Shown: positions 36,300 to 50,302 of the stretch, piece after piece
How the letters are laid out: each line of letters starts with the position of its first letter
Position numbering within the stretch: position 1 is the stretch's first letter
From: Gracilinanus agilis
Taxonomy: Eukaryota
Reading direction: 5' to 3'
Length of the DNA stretch: 64,000 nt
Assembly: GCF_016433145.1 (NCBI RefSeq)
Contig: NC_058131.1
Location: forward strand, 291,075,486 to 291,139,485
Made by a program: the position numbers and the translations under genes
Notes under the pieces: generated by a model
What the model was told of the DNA's origin: nothing
Seen by the model: only the letters and a program-made list of their open reading frames with translations
Databases searched by the model: none

Positions 36300-38191
36300 T
36301 GAAACAGATGGGCATGACAAAGTCTGATATGGCTTTAAGATGTGCTGTCTTCTTCATTACAGAGAAATAGCAATTTGAGAAACCTATTTAAATTGTTTGC
36401 TCTATAGGTGAAGCAAGCAAAACTAAAGAGCATATGTGAACAAATGTTCAATATTTCTTGTGGGTTTGGGGTATGATAATGAGATAGAATGAAGTTCTTC
36501 AGTGTAAGCTTTTAAATTAGGGATAATAGGAAGTAGTGGAGGGAGGCAGTTTCTTGGGAATATTGTAGAGAAATCCAGTAGGTGCCCAGAGCCAATCTCT
36601 GCTTCTCTCAGTGTCTCCGAGGGGCAGAGGGCCAGGGGCCAGGGCCCAAGCATAGCTCAAACCTCCTGCCTCTTGCTGCTTTATCCCAGAGTGAGAGAGG
36701 AAGAGCAGACCAGAACTCTTAGATAGGGGAACCTAGGCTGTGCCTTCCTCAGCAGCTTCAAGGGCCAGAGGATCCAGACCAAGATTGGACTAGATGACTT
36801 AAGAATTCTTTTCCATTTGAAATTCTTTAAAAGATCTGCTGAAATAAAAAGTACTAAAGACTTAATAAGGAACTAATAGACCTTGTTGTATATGCTATCT
36901 TATAAAGAACACTCTGAATTTGAAGACCAGCCTCTGAAGAGTATGTGATTCTAGACGAGACGATTGACCTCTCTGTGCCTCAATTTCCTCATTTATACAA
37001 TGAGGGGGTTGAATTTGATGACTTTTTGAATTCCCTCCACTTCTCTGAATTTTAGTATGAGATTTTGGAGAAGGTGAGATCTAATTTATTAAAATTTAGA
37101 TTTTATGTAAGTGTTCATCTTTACAGACTATTTCCCCAGTAAAGCTTATTGCTGGCTCAGTTATTGTTAGCATTTTCCACATTAGAAGAATCATAATTCT
37201 TTTGGCAGATGAGCAGTGCCAAAAATTGCCAAAGAATATGCTGAGCTAAGTAATTTTGCTGTCTGACATTAGTGCTTTATGCTCAGAGTTAAGTGAAGTA
37301 GGTGGTTCAGCAGAAATGATGTAGGAGGAAAGGAAGTTATATAATGTAAAAAATAGATTATATAGTTGATTTCTTAATCTATTTTTGTATCAGAGTTAGA
37401 ATTAGAAAGGAAAACTTCAGGATCATTGGGTGCTAGTATTAAGTTTAAAGTTTTAACTTAAAGAGGCAATTCATTTTAGCTCCAAAAGATATCTTTTAAT
37501 GAATTCTTTTCTCACAATAATGTTATTTACATATATGTGATATATGGCATACTGAGTATAAATATCAACATCTACACTTATTCTTTTCACTTTATTTTTT
37601 TATTTAAAATTTTTATTTTATTTTGAATATTTTCCCATAGTTGCATATTTCATGTTCTTTCCCTCTCCCCCAAATCTCTGCCCCCCCCATATTCTTTTCA
37701 CTTTAAAGAACATTTCAGTTCAATTTTTAAAAGAAATAGCCAAGTACACACATGCAAATATGTTAAAGTTAGATTTTTAAATTAGGGTTACTATAAGATA
37801 TCCTTTATTTATTATGGATTATTAAGAGCAATAGGTTTATAAGAACCTCTGAGTATATGTAACATATTGTCCATATTATAAATTTTGTTGTATATGCATT
37901 CATTCTTTTTAATTTCCTTTTTAATTTCACTTACTTTTTAATATTATAGTTTTTACTTCATAATTTGCCAAAACTTTTGCTGCTTACTATTGCTTTAAGG
38001 ACAAAACTTTGTAAAAATTATAGACAAATCTGATCAGTTGTTTCTAAGTTAGAAATACACTAGGAATGCACACTCAAGGCCAATTTTAACATAAATGTAG
38101 CAAAATATGCAATTTTGTATCTTTATTTTATATTAAATAGAATTTCAGTGGCAAATTTATAATATGTTTCTTTCGTGTATCCTTTTTATAG

Positions 38192-38466
<275 letters not shown>

Positions 38467-40028
38467 GTAAGTTTAAATAGTATAATTTAGTTAGAATTCA
38501 ATATAATTTCCCAAAACTTATTGGTTAAGAATCAGCCCTCAACAGGGAGGTAAAACATGTCAGTATAAATTGAGTGGCATGTGCTGTTTCAAGTTCAGCC
38601 AAATGGGGACTTAGAGCAAATGAGAGGTCTATCTAAATGAAATAGTAAGCAATCTTAAAAAGACATTGGGGAGAGCAGCTGGGTAGTTCAGTGGACTGAG
38701 AGACAGGCCTACAGTTGGGGATTCCTGGTTTCAAATCTGGGCTCAGACAGTTACTAATCTTTAGACAAATTATGGCATATAAACGTTTTGGGCTATTGTT
38801 CAGTTGTTCATATGTGTCATATTCTATATGACCCCATGACCATTTTCTTCTCTAGTGTGTCTCCATTTTATAGATGAGGAATTAAAGCAAATACGGGGAA
38901 AGTGATTTGCCCAGGTTCACACAGCTAGTAAGCATCTGAGGTCAAATTTCAAGTCAAATCTTCCTGATTCCAGGGTTGGTGCTCTATCCATTGCACTACA
39001 CTGAAGTATAAAAATTATGAATATAAAGACTTAAGAGAAACATGGAATCATGAACTAATACAGAGTAAAGTAAGCAGAATCAGGGGGATACTAAATAACA
39101 ATGAGTATAATATAAATATATAATATAAATAGAAGAAAAAACTGAACACCATAAGTATATTTGACCAAACTTGACTTTGGAAAAGGGTTGAGAAATTGTG
39201 ATGTAGATAGAATGCTATAGTTGGAGCAAGGAGTTGGGCTCAAATTCTGACTCTGTTAAAGATATTTGTCCTTGGTGACTTTTTTGGGTCTCACTTTCTT
39301 CATCTGTAAAATGAAGGGCTAGAGTAGATGATCCTAATCCCCATTCTGGCTTTTAATTTATAGTCCTGTGATTTTCCTTTATTGTGGAGTTGGAGGACTG
39401 TGGATATGGAATATGTTGTATACTGGAGGATGCAGTTGATCTTGGGGGGATTTTTTTTTATCTTTTTCTTTTTCTATTTTTGTTATGAGGGAAGGCTTGC
39501 CAAGGAATGGGATAGGGAATATGCCTGGAAATGATATAAAAATGACATCAACAAAAAACTAACAATTTTAAAAGAACTCTTAAAAATGGAGCTGGATGTT
39601 ATTGTCAAAGTATTTCTTTTCTCTGAAATAAGTATTAAAGAGTGACTGAATTAGAAACTATGGCTAGCCAAGTACCTTTCACCCTTTACACTGTCCCTGC
39701 CTATTAGTCTTTTAATTATAACCTTGAAAACTAATCATGTTATTTTCTTGCATGCTTCCTGTAAATTCAGAATTAATGGAAAGAATTCTGTTGTAATAAA
39801 TAAAAATAGAGCATATTAAATAAAGCTGAAATGGGCAAGTCATTTTCTCTCCCTAGATTTCAGTTTCCTTGTTTTTAAGATTGGGAGAGTGGGAGATGAA
39901 GGCCAAGATAGATGATTCTTAAATCTTCCCCCTCTCCATTCATATTTGATAATTATGAATTTTTCTAAATATGATTTGAAAATCAATGTATTTTGTTTTG
40001 TACTCCAAGCCAGAATTAGCCTCCAATA

Positions 40029-40633
40029 TGTTGATAAGTCTAAATGTTAGCTGCATAGAGACAGCTGAAATAGCTGCCATATCTCCATGGACACCATTTA
40101 CCAGTTAGAGCCTTCTCACTCTGGGCCAGCTCTCCTGGGGATAATGAGCTATTTCTTCCAGTTTTTCCCCCTGCAGTTTCTTTATTTTAGACCAATAATC
40201 TCTGGCAGGGGAGATATGGTAGTATCTGCCCTGCCAGAGCCTATAAATAAGGACCCTTCCTCTCTAGTTGCTTCCTCTTTGTTGAATTGGAACTGTGTGT
40301 TCTCCATTGGGAACGTGTTTCCATTTTGATGCATTGGTTACACTTAAATGAGAAAGACACAGAGATGAAAAGTTCACTCAGTCATGTTCTTTGTGAGAAG
40401 AACACACATGTGATCTGTGAAAGGCCAGTAGGAATAATGGAGATCATGATCTAGTTAGGCTTTAATTAAAAGGAAATGGGCTAAGCATATTTAGAAGGCT
40501 ATGCTTGTATGCTATTATCTCTGTACAAGATAGTTCATATCCTCATTATAAACTATACCATCTCCAAGGTTCATGCTTGCATAATTCTGCATTGTTAATA
40601 TGTTCAAACAAAGCATTCCATAAAAATGACACA
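40029..40633 (+). mobile_element. Probable solo LTR in intron 7
   Basis: TGTTG start, CCAAT near 40192, TATAAATA near 40230, ends ...GACACA; no TSD seen. Confidence 0.4.
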
Positions 40634-41420
40634 TGCTGTTGATGGTTGGTTTACTTTATTCTTTGGTTATACTATTCCCAAAATGGGAGTTCTCAGCAGT
40701 ATTAGAATTATTGTTTTGGTGATTTGCAGTTGTATTGATTGAACTGATATCCTCCTATCTAGGTCTATTTGGTTATATTTTTGTGCCTTTTATCAATGGA
40801 GATTGTTTGCAACTTACAATTTCACCAAGTTGTCTGAGGCCTTGAGAGATTAGATGACTTGCTCAAAGTCACATAGCCAGGATATATCAGAGGTAGGACT
40901 TGAACACAGGTCTTCCTAATTCTCAGTTTTCTATTCATTATATTTTGTTGCCCCATGAAGATTTTTTTGTAATAAAGAAAGTGTGAATTGTTGCCCAAAA
41001 GATTTCATCCTTTATTATCTCTTTTGTTGTTGACATAGGTTTGTTTCTGTCCATAATCATTGTAATTATTTTATTCATGTGACAAAGGAGTTTGGAGGTT
41101 TTAGGATAGCCATCTTCAAATATGTCAAGGACTATATTAAATGAAAGAGGGGAATGGATTTTTACTGTGCACCGACAGAGGGTCAAGACATATCCAGGAA
41201 GTAGAAGGGAGGCAGGTTTTGGCTAAATGTATAAGTAAAAAATTTTTAATGGTGTGGCCCTGCTATAGTCAAAGAAGTGGCTTTGTGGAGTATTAATCAG
41301 TCTGCTTAAGGGACTCCTTTGTGGGTTGAAAGCTGGGCCAGATGACTACTAAACAAGTACCTCCTTATTCTAAGAATCTATGGTTTATAATGTATAAAAA
41401 GTCCTGCTTTTCTCCTTTAG

Positions 41421-41600
<180 letters not shown>

Positions 41601-41947
41601 TAGAGAACCTCAGAGTTGGGAATCCTGATCTGGGTTCAAGTGTGGACTCTCACATATCCTGGATGTGTGACCTTGGTGAGTTGCCTTAGTGGCAGAGTAA
41701 GCATGGATGTTCACTGGAAACTCCCTTTACTGATGAAATCATAGGACCATTTTAAAAATAATTTCTTTTTTTAAAAAAATGCTCTGTGGATTTTACTGGG
41801 AAAAATGATCGAAAATATCTCCCCAAAGTGCTGCTACTCAGATCTTCTCTCACTTAGTAAACATACTGTTCAGTCTTAGGAGATATTAGCTTCAAGTTTT
41901 AGAAATGGACATACTATAACTCAGTCATATTTCTCCCTCTTTTATAG

Positions 41948-42087
41948 TGCGAGGTTATCTCCCTGGTGGTGCAGAAATGAAGGGGAACCTGATGGATACA
42001 AGTGTGGAGCAGGATCTGATCCGGGAGCTTAGTCAGAAGAAACAGAACCTACTGCTGGAACTGCGCAACTATGAGGAAAACTCCAAG
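41948..42087 (+). CDS. BBS2: BBS2 exon 9
   Basis: TTTATAG|; (V)[46 protein letters not shown]; |GTATTT. Confidence 0.96.
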
Positions 42088-43065
42088 GTATTTCTCAAAA
42101 CAAAGCTGGTCCATGCAAATACTATTTGGTTTGGTCAGTGTAGAGGTAACAGCAGACCACCAGAAGAGACTTGCTTTACTCCAATAGTAACTCTATTATG
42201 GTGACAATTGAAATTTTTTTCCCTAAATTGTTTGTAATTTATTTTGATAGAATTCACTAAGTCACAGAATATCAGATGTGGGAGGACCCTGGGAGATTGG
42301 CTAGTCCACCTTCATTCTATAGGTGAGGAAGCTGAAAGCCAGAGAATAAGTGACCCACCCACATGGGTCACCTAGCTAGGAAGTAGCAGAGCTAGTGCCC
42401 TGAATCAGGGACTTTTGACTCCAATTCCCCTTTCCTTCTGCTCCATGAACCATTCATCCAAAACCCATTCGTTGTATGTTATTTGCAGAGTCCTGTGCTA
42501 GGCAGATTCTAAGGGAAGTGTGAAGACAATTAAAGATATGATCCCTGCCTTCACAGTACTTAGAGCTAGCAGGATGATAGGGGTGTGGAATAGGGTGGGA
42601 GTTAAAATTTGGGCATACACAAATATGCAGAATGGAATGTAAGAGCAAAAGAGAGAGATACAGAGTACTTTGTAGTATGAGGTAAGAAAAATCATTTTCA
42701 AATGATTACTGAAGAGGGGAAGGGAGGAAAATAAGCATTCCTATATATAGCATGTACTGTGTGCCAAATACTTTGCTAAGCATTTTACAATGCTTATTTT
42801 GTTTGATCCTCACAATAACTCTGGGAGGACTATTAGCCCCATTTTATAGTTAAGGAAACTGATATAGACAGAGGTTAAATGACTTGCTCAGGGTCATGCC
42901 ACTGCTAGATGTCTGAGGCTGGATTTTAACTCAAGACTTCCTGATCCCAGGCCCAGAGCTCTATCCACTGCACCACCCAGCTGACAAGAAATCTTTGCTT
43001 AGATGTTGAATTGCCATTTATTTGGAAGGTTGACATAGTGGGTACTGGATGGTGTTTTCCAGCAG

Positions 43066-43210
43066 GCTGAATCAAGTAGTCCATTGAATGAGTCTGATGG
43101 GCAGCGGGGAATTATCCCTGCCAACACAAAGCTGCAGACAGCCCTTTCGGTGAACCTGGGCTCTGACAGTCAAGCTGCACATGTGGAATTACGGATCTCA
43201 ACTTCAAATG
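43066..43210 (+). CDS. BBS2: BBS2 exon 10
   Basis: TTTTCCAGCAG|; [48 protein letters not shown]; |GTAGGA. The start could be 43063 if the proximal CAG is used. Confidence 0.93.
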
Positions 43211-43299
43211 GTAGGAAATGATTTACAGCTGCTCATTGCTGGGGAACAGAATCCTTTTAGTGTAGTTACTGAGCTATTGTTTTCCCTTCCTTCCTGCAG

Positions 43300-43471
43300 A
43301 CACCATTATCCGAGCAGTGCTTATTTTTGCTGAAGGGATTTTTACGGGTGAAAGCCATGTGGTGCATCCCAGCGTTCAGAACCTTTCCAGCTGCATCCGA
43401 ATTCCTATTGCTCCACCCAAGGATGTTCCTGTGGATCTGCACATGAAGACTTTTGTGGGCTATAGAAACAG
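43300..43471 (+). CDS. BBS2: BBS2 exon 11
   Basis: After an 89-nt intron, CCTGCAG|; (D)[23 protein letters not shown]...[19 protein letters not shown]; |GTAGTC. Confidence 0.96.
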
Positions 43472-44853
43472 GTAGTCCAGTTGCTTTCTTTTTTTTTTTT
43501 TTAAACTTGAATGCTTTCTTAGAGTTGACACTAAGTATTGGTTTCAAAGCAGAAGAGTGGGAAGGGCTAGGCATTTGGGGTTAATCGACTTGCCCAAGGT
43601 CATACAGCTAGGAGTATCTGAAACCAGATTTGAACCCAGGAGCTCCTGTCTCTAGCCCTGGCTCTCTATTCATTGAGCCATCTAGCTGCCTCTATATACT
43701 TTCCTAAAAATTTCCACATGTCCTGTTTCAGGAAGAAGAAAAAAAAAATATGACAGTATGTTTACTGACTAAACCTGGATGTATTATTTCTTTCTCTTTT
43801 TTAAGACCTTACCTTCCATCTTAGAATCAATACTGTGTATTGGTTCTTCCCCAGGGTCACATAGATAGGAAGTGTCTGAGGCAAGTTTTGAATCTAGGAC
43901 CTCCCATCTCTAGGCCTGGCTTCTTTTCTATTGAGCTACTGCCTGGATGTGTTATTTCTAAGCTGTGTTACTTTGGACAAGTCATGGAACCTCTTTGAAC
44001 CTGTTTCATCATCTCTAAAATAATAATTATCGTGTCTCTTGTAGGTAGATGCTAGATGCTAGAAGGATCAGATGAGATAATATATGTAACAACACTTTGA
44101 AAATGACAAAGTTCAAGACAAAATCAAATCAATTCAGCAATCATCTTTTAAGTACTCATTTTATTCAAGGTTCTGTGCTGAAAATGTAAAAATGTAAGGT
44201 GGCATTATTATATAATGTCTAGCACATTATAGACTTTCAGTAAATGGTTGAGTTTTTTCTGTAAATGGTGTATGCTATAGAGCAAACAGCCATTTTATGA
44301 ATTTTCCTACTCAGGTTTTTTGAGGCCTTGTTCTTAAATTGTAAAATTATTATCTCCCATATGTTTCCTAGAAAAATTGTGAAATTTTTCCAGAAAATAT
44401 TAACAGAAAATTTGGATTATTTTTTGTTCTCAGATCTAATGTTTGTGAGAATTTTAAAATATATTTTTATGTGTCGTTTTAACTTCTAGTTTGGGTTTTT
44501 GTGACTGTCAGGAATAGAAGGATTACTTTGTGTTTAAGGTTGTTTATTACTTGGCTACTGTTCCCAGAATGCTTAAGATTTCCATTCCCTAACCAATGGC
44601 CAGTAAAAATCTTCAATTTCACCTTTTAAGATTATATTTAGAAGACTATATTATTTCTGTGAGTTGAAGACATCTGTTAACACATTACTAGATTTACTTA
44701 AGTTGTCTTCAGTGATGCCTTCTAAAGTAGCATCTTACTGACTCATTGCCTTGTGATGCATTTTATAAGCCAGGGACCAAATAATATTATGACTTAAGGT
44801 GTTAACATTCAATTTTAACATCTTCTTTTCATTTCCTTTGATCCTTTCCATAG

Positions 44854-44983
44854 CTCTCAGTTTCATGTGTTTGAATTAACACGACAGCTCCCCCGATTTG
44901 CCATGTATGCATTGAGCAACCCTGACCCTGCCAAAGAACCACTCAGCTTTGTTAACTTTACTGTCAATGAACGGGTTCAAAGA
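44854..44983 (+). CDS. BBS2: BBS2 exon 12
   Basis: TTTCCATAG|; (S)[43 protein letters not shown]; |GTAAGT. Confidence 0.96.
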
Positions 44984-45232
44984 GTAAGTGTACTTTTTTA
45001 CATTTTGCTTTTGGGAATTAACTTGAGTGTTTACGTTTGTAGCAGTAACTATCTAAATAGAGGAGAGTTACACAGCCCTTAGGATTCCCCCATTTAAATT
45101 CAGCAGTTATAATGAAAATATTATTGAAATGTCTCTCAATCTCAAGAAAAAAATTTGCCATTTTCCTAAACAGATCCTGCAGCAATCCAAAATTGGAGTG
45201 TTCTGTGCTATACTGTTTCTGACACTCTTTTT

Positions 45233-45234
<2 letters not shown>

Positions 45235-45272
<38 letters not shown>
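45235..45272. repeat. (AC)19 microsatellite
   Basis: Direct reading. Confidence 0.97.
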
Positions 45273-45274
<2 letters not shown>

Positions 45275-45374
45275 ACACTGAGTTTCATTTTAAGGACAGT
45301 TTTCATAGACTAGATTTTATTATTATATTGAAGGGTAGTTATTTGGGTTTCTTGTTCAAGAATGACTACTGTAT

Positions 45375-46205
45375 ATTTCTTTTTTTTTTCTTAAGGATAT
45401 AATTTAAAAAAAATTTATTTTTAGCATTCATTAAAAAAAATTTTAAGTTCCTTATCCTCTCCCTTCCTCTCATCCTCCTCCATTCATTGAAAAAGTGACA
45501 TATGATATCACTTATACATGTGAAGTCATTCAAAACATATTTACATATTACACGTTGAAAAAAATGTTGAAATGAAATGAAAAACATGTTGAAAAAAAAA
45601 GACAAGGAAAATTAAGGGAACAAAGTATGCCTTAGTCTACACTCAGAGTTCATTAGTTTTTTTTTCTCTAGAGGTGGGTAGAATTTTCTTCAAGAGTCCT
45701 TTGGAATTGTCTTGGGTCATTGTATTGATCAGAGTAGCTAAGTCACAGTTAATCATTGTTACAATATTATTGTTATTATGGATAATATTCTTCTTGTTCT
45801 GATCACTTACCTTTGCATTAGTTCATGTAAGATTTCTAGGGTTTTTCTGAAACCATTCTGCTCCACATCTCTAATTGTGCAGTAATATTCTATTACAATC
45901 ATATGCTACAACTTTTTTTTGTCCATTCCCCACTCGATGGATATCCTCTCAGTTTCTAATTTTGTCACCACAAAAAGAGCTGCCTTAAATATTTTTGTAT
46001 ATGTGGATCCTTTTAGCTTTTCTTTGATTTTTTTTTTTTGGATGCAGACCTAATAGTGGTATTGCTGGATCAAAGGGTATGCACAATTTCATAGCCCTTT
46101 GGGCATAATTCCAAATTGTTTTCCAGAATGATTGGACCAGTACGCAGTTCCACCAAAAGTACATTGCTGTCTCTATTTTTCTACATTCTAGCATTTTCAT
46201 TTTCT
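45375..46205 (-). mobile_element. Old L1 3' fragment in intron 12
   Basis: Minus-strand QSFWKTIWNYAQRAMKLCIPFDPAIPLLGLHPK (ORF2 C-terminus) plus T-rich tail. Confidence 0.8.
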
Positions 46206-46273
46206 ATCATGTTAAGAATGGCTACGTATTTCTTTTCTAAAACAAGTATTTCATTTTATTACATGTTTTTAAG

Positions 46274-46405
46274 GTTGTCATGTGGCTGAACCAGAACTTC
46301 CTGTTACCAGAAGATAGTGAGATCCAAAATGCTCCATTTCAAGTCTGTTTCACATCCCTGCGAAATGCTGGCCATCTCTTTATAAAAATAAAGCCCAGTG
46401 GAGAG
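46274..46405 (+). CDS. BBS2: BBS2 exon 13
   Basis: TTTTTAAG|; [44 protein letters not shown]; |GTAAGA. Confidence 0.95.
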
Positions 46406-47500
46406 GTAAGATTGCAACAATGAATGACCTTCTTTCTCCTTATACAGTCTTTATTAGGGTGAGGATAGTGTTTCAGTGAGACACTTAAAGATAGATAAAA
46501 GTACCATAAAGAGAAGTCTCTATGCCATAAACCAGTCATTTCAGCCTTTCCAGTTGCCATTCACTTCTTTGATACCTAGATTAGAATTTAAAACATCTGT
46601 ATGTGGGAGAGCCAGAGGAATAGACTAGAGACCAGCTCTCTCTCCTAGAGGCTGAAGTAGTGAATAGTGACTGATGTGGCAGCTGCTTGATATCATGTCA
46701 AGGAGAAAAAGGTATGTTAGTGGCAAACTGATGGCAGTCACAGAAAATTGCCTTACAAGCCATTGCTGATACAGGTTGCCAAAAGCAATACACTAAAAGT
46801 CTTATTTTTTCATTCATAGCTCTAATGGGAATATAGTCCCTTGCAAAAGATTTTTGGTTCCAGAGGATGACAATTAAAGAAGCTGCCAGTAGGGGAAGAA
46901 TGACAGAGTATGAAAGCGTAGAGGTAGAAAAGATGAAAATAACAGAAATAGAGTTAAAAATGTAAAGGACCATGGCTGTTTTCTTTTAATGATAGAAAAT
47001 TGGCCTATTGGCAATAATGAATAACTATTTATATTTATAATAACTATTTAATTGTGAATAACTGCCACCGGGCAGTTATTAAACATTTGTTAAGTGCCTA
47101 CTATGTGCCACACTCTCTACTGAGTGCTAGGATACAAAGAAAAGCAAAAGCCCATCCCTTCCTCATGGAGCTCTCTATTTAATGGGGGGAAGAGACATAT
47201 AAAGAAGCTGAAAAATAGAGAGTAGATGGGGGTATGGAGAAGAAGAAAAGAGGGAGAAGAGGAAGGTTACCCAGGAATAGGGCATAATGAAATCTTGAGA
47301 TCAAGAGAAAATGATGAGGGAGTTGCCCTCACCCCCCATCTTAAGTAGAAGAATTGGGAGGAGCTCTTTAATGTTCTCCCTCCACCCTCTTTGATACTAG
47401 AATGTGCAATGCTTTTTGTGTCATCTAATACCTATTCACTATATGTATAAGAGTTTTAAGAGTGTAAATGCCAAATCTAATGTCCTTTTTATCTTCTTAG

Positions 47501-47668
<168 letters not shown>

Positions 47669-47777
47669 TAAATGACATAGCTTGTCATTTGGAATGTGTC
47701 AGCTATGAGATCTTCACAGAAGTGAACCTTGTTGAATAAGCAAAAGAGACGTTTGCTTCTTTGGTAGGCTGAGCTGA

Positions 47778-47966
<189 letters not shown>

Positions 47967-48266
47967 TGAGTATCACTCTGGCAAAGAGGATTAGCTTTTT
48001 AGGAAATGTGTGCAATTACTGTTTCCAACTATAATGCTTTATGTTTTCACAAGAAGATTTCATTAATAAAATATTTACCTAGTGATTGTTTAGGTGAGTT
48101 TTTGGAGAGCCAAAATTTCTCTTAGATGGCTACTTGTACTATTCCTAAAAGATTCCAACTTCACAAAATTGAAATAGATGCTTTTAAGTACCTACCAGGA
48201 TTTTATAGGTATTTGGAGAGATCCATGATCATGCTGGTGTATTGCTTTTAAATTCCCTCCACTAGT

Positions 48267-49033
48267 AGTTGTGAAGTGATCCAACCATTCTGGCTGGCAA
48301 TTTGGAACTATGCTCAAAGGGCTATAAAAGAATGCCTGTCCTTTGATCCAGCCATACCATTGTTGGGTTTGTACCCCAAAGAGATCATAGATAAACAGAC
48401 TTGTATGAAAATATTTATAGCTGTGCTTTTTGTGGTGGCAAAAAACTGGAAAATGAGGGTATGCCCTTCAGTTGGGGAATGGCTGAACAAATTGTGGTAT
48501 ATGCTGGTGATGGAATACTATTATGCTCAAAGGAATAATAAACTGGAGGAATTCCATGTGAACTGGAAAGACCTCCAGGAATTGATGCAGAGTGAAAGGA
48601 GCAGAGCCAGAAGAACATTGTACACAGAGACTGATACACTGTGGTAAAATGGAATGTAATGGACCTCTGTACTAGCAGCAATGCAATGACCCAGGACAAT
48701 TCTGAGGGATTTATGGAAAAGAATGCTACCCACATTCAGAGGAAGAACTACAGGAGAGGAAACAGAAGAAAAACAACTGCTTGAACACATGGGTTGAGGC
48801 GGACATGATTGGGGATGTAGACTCGAAAGTACCACACCAATGCAACTATCAACAATTTGAAAATAGGTCTTGATCAACGACACATGTTAAAACCAGTGGA
48901 AATACACATCTGCCATGGGGGGGAGGGGGAAGTCGTGAGGTGAAGGGGAAAGTAAGAGCATGAATTATGTAACTATGTTAACTTTTCAAAAAAAATAATA
49001 ATAAATGCTTAAAAAAAGTAAAAAACAAACAAA
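48267..49033 (+). mobile_element. 5'-truncated young L1, sense in BBS2 intron 15
   Basis: ORF2 C-terminus QPFWLAIWNYAQRAIKECLSFDPAIPLLGLYPKE...; A-tail; 17-bp TSD AAATTCCCTCCACTAGT at 48250-48266 and 49034-49050; TTTT/AAA endonuclease site. Confidence 0.95.
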
Positions 49034-49359
49034 AAAATTCCCTCCACTAGTGCAGGTCATAACCCATGCATGTCCTTCCATCTTGTGTCATTCTTGTTCA
49101 ACTATTTGAATGAATAGAAAAGAGCTGTGAAGTGCTTTGGCAGCCTTCCTTTGAGTGTTACAGTATTTTATGGATATTAGCGGCTTACTTAGCTGTCTAG
49201 ATGTTGTCTGTCACAACATTATCACCTACCTCCTTTTCTAGGCATACATTGGCCAATACTGCATTGGAAGAATGTAACTTGGTGGCAAGAGACTGCTTAA
49301 GATCATGAAAACACTAACAATTTCCTAAATGTAATTCAGTTTATTCTCCTTTTCTTCAG

Positions 49360-49800
49360 TTATGGGTCTAATCCACTGTCCCTCTGTAGTATATGTCAAA
49401 AATATGTTCAGTGATGTATTAACTGCATATCATTACCTGGGCAAGTTGAGTTCTTCATCTTCATCCAGACTAACTGGGTATTCCCCCAAGGCTATGTCTT
49501 AGGTCCCCTTTTTCTTTTCACTCTATATTACCTCCTGTGATCTCATCAGCTTCCCTGAATTTAATTATCATTTCTGGGCAAATGGTTCCCTCTTTCTAGC
49601 CATAAATATGTGTGTATGTATATGTTTATATGTATATATGTCTATACATATCTAATCCTAGTCTCTCTCCTGAGCTCTAGACCTACTTCATCAACTGTCT
49701 TGTGGACAGGGAACATTAAATGTCCCCCATGCATCTCAAACTCAGCATGTCCAAAACAGAACTTAGTATCTGTGCCCAAACCCTTCCCTTCTCCCTGCTC
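49360..49800 (+). mobile_element. L2 LINE fragment
   Basis: Typical L2 RT-region sequence (CCCCAAGGCT..GTCTTAGGTCCCCTT; CATCTCAAACTCAGCATGTCCAAAAC). Confidence 0.6.
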
Positions 49801-50153
49801 TACACTTCTATGTCTTTATGTTTTTGGGGTGCTTTTGCTGAGGTACAGAAGTGCCATCATTCTGTTCTCAGAATCAGAAGGACAAGAACTAACAAAGGTT
49901 GTATTGCCTTTTTCCCATTGTCTTAGAACATATATTTTCTTTGGAATAATTATTTTTGTAAAGAACATTTGTAAAGAATGTTATCAGAGCTTTAGAGTTG
50001 CTGGTCACCAAATACAGTGGACTCATTTTAATGAAACTTTTGCTAAGATTGGTGTTTTTTTACCCTCAGATTTCTAAGAATTTGTCTCCCTCCCAAATCT
50101 GCCATATTAAAGATGAATTGACAGTAATGTTACATTTCTGTTGATTCACACAG

Positions 50154-50302
50154 GAAAACAATGAAGAAACGCTATGTGGAACTTTATGACCTTAATAAGG
50201 ACTTGCTAAATGGTTACAAAATTCGCTGTAACAATCACACGGAGCTTTTAGGAAACCTAAAAGCAGTAAACCAAGCTATACAAAGAGCTGGTCGTCTTCG
50301 AG
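50154..50302 (+). CDS. BBS2: BBS2 exon 16
   Basis: CACACAG|; (M)[49 protein letters not shown]; |GTAAAT. Confidence 0.96.

Noticed and set aside
43266-43574. 102-aa antisense ORF over exon 11
   Set aside because: Shadow of a coding exon fused to a SINE and poly-T; no independent evidence.
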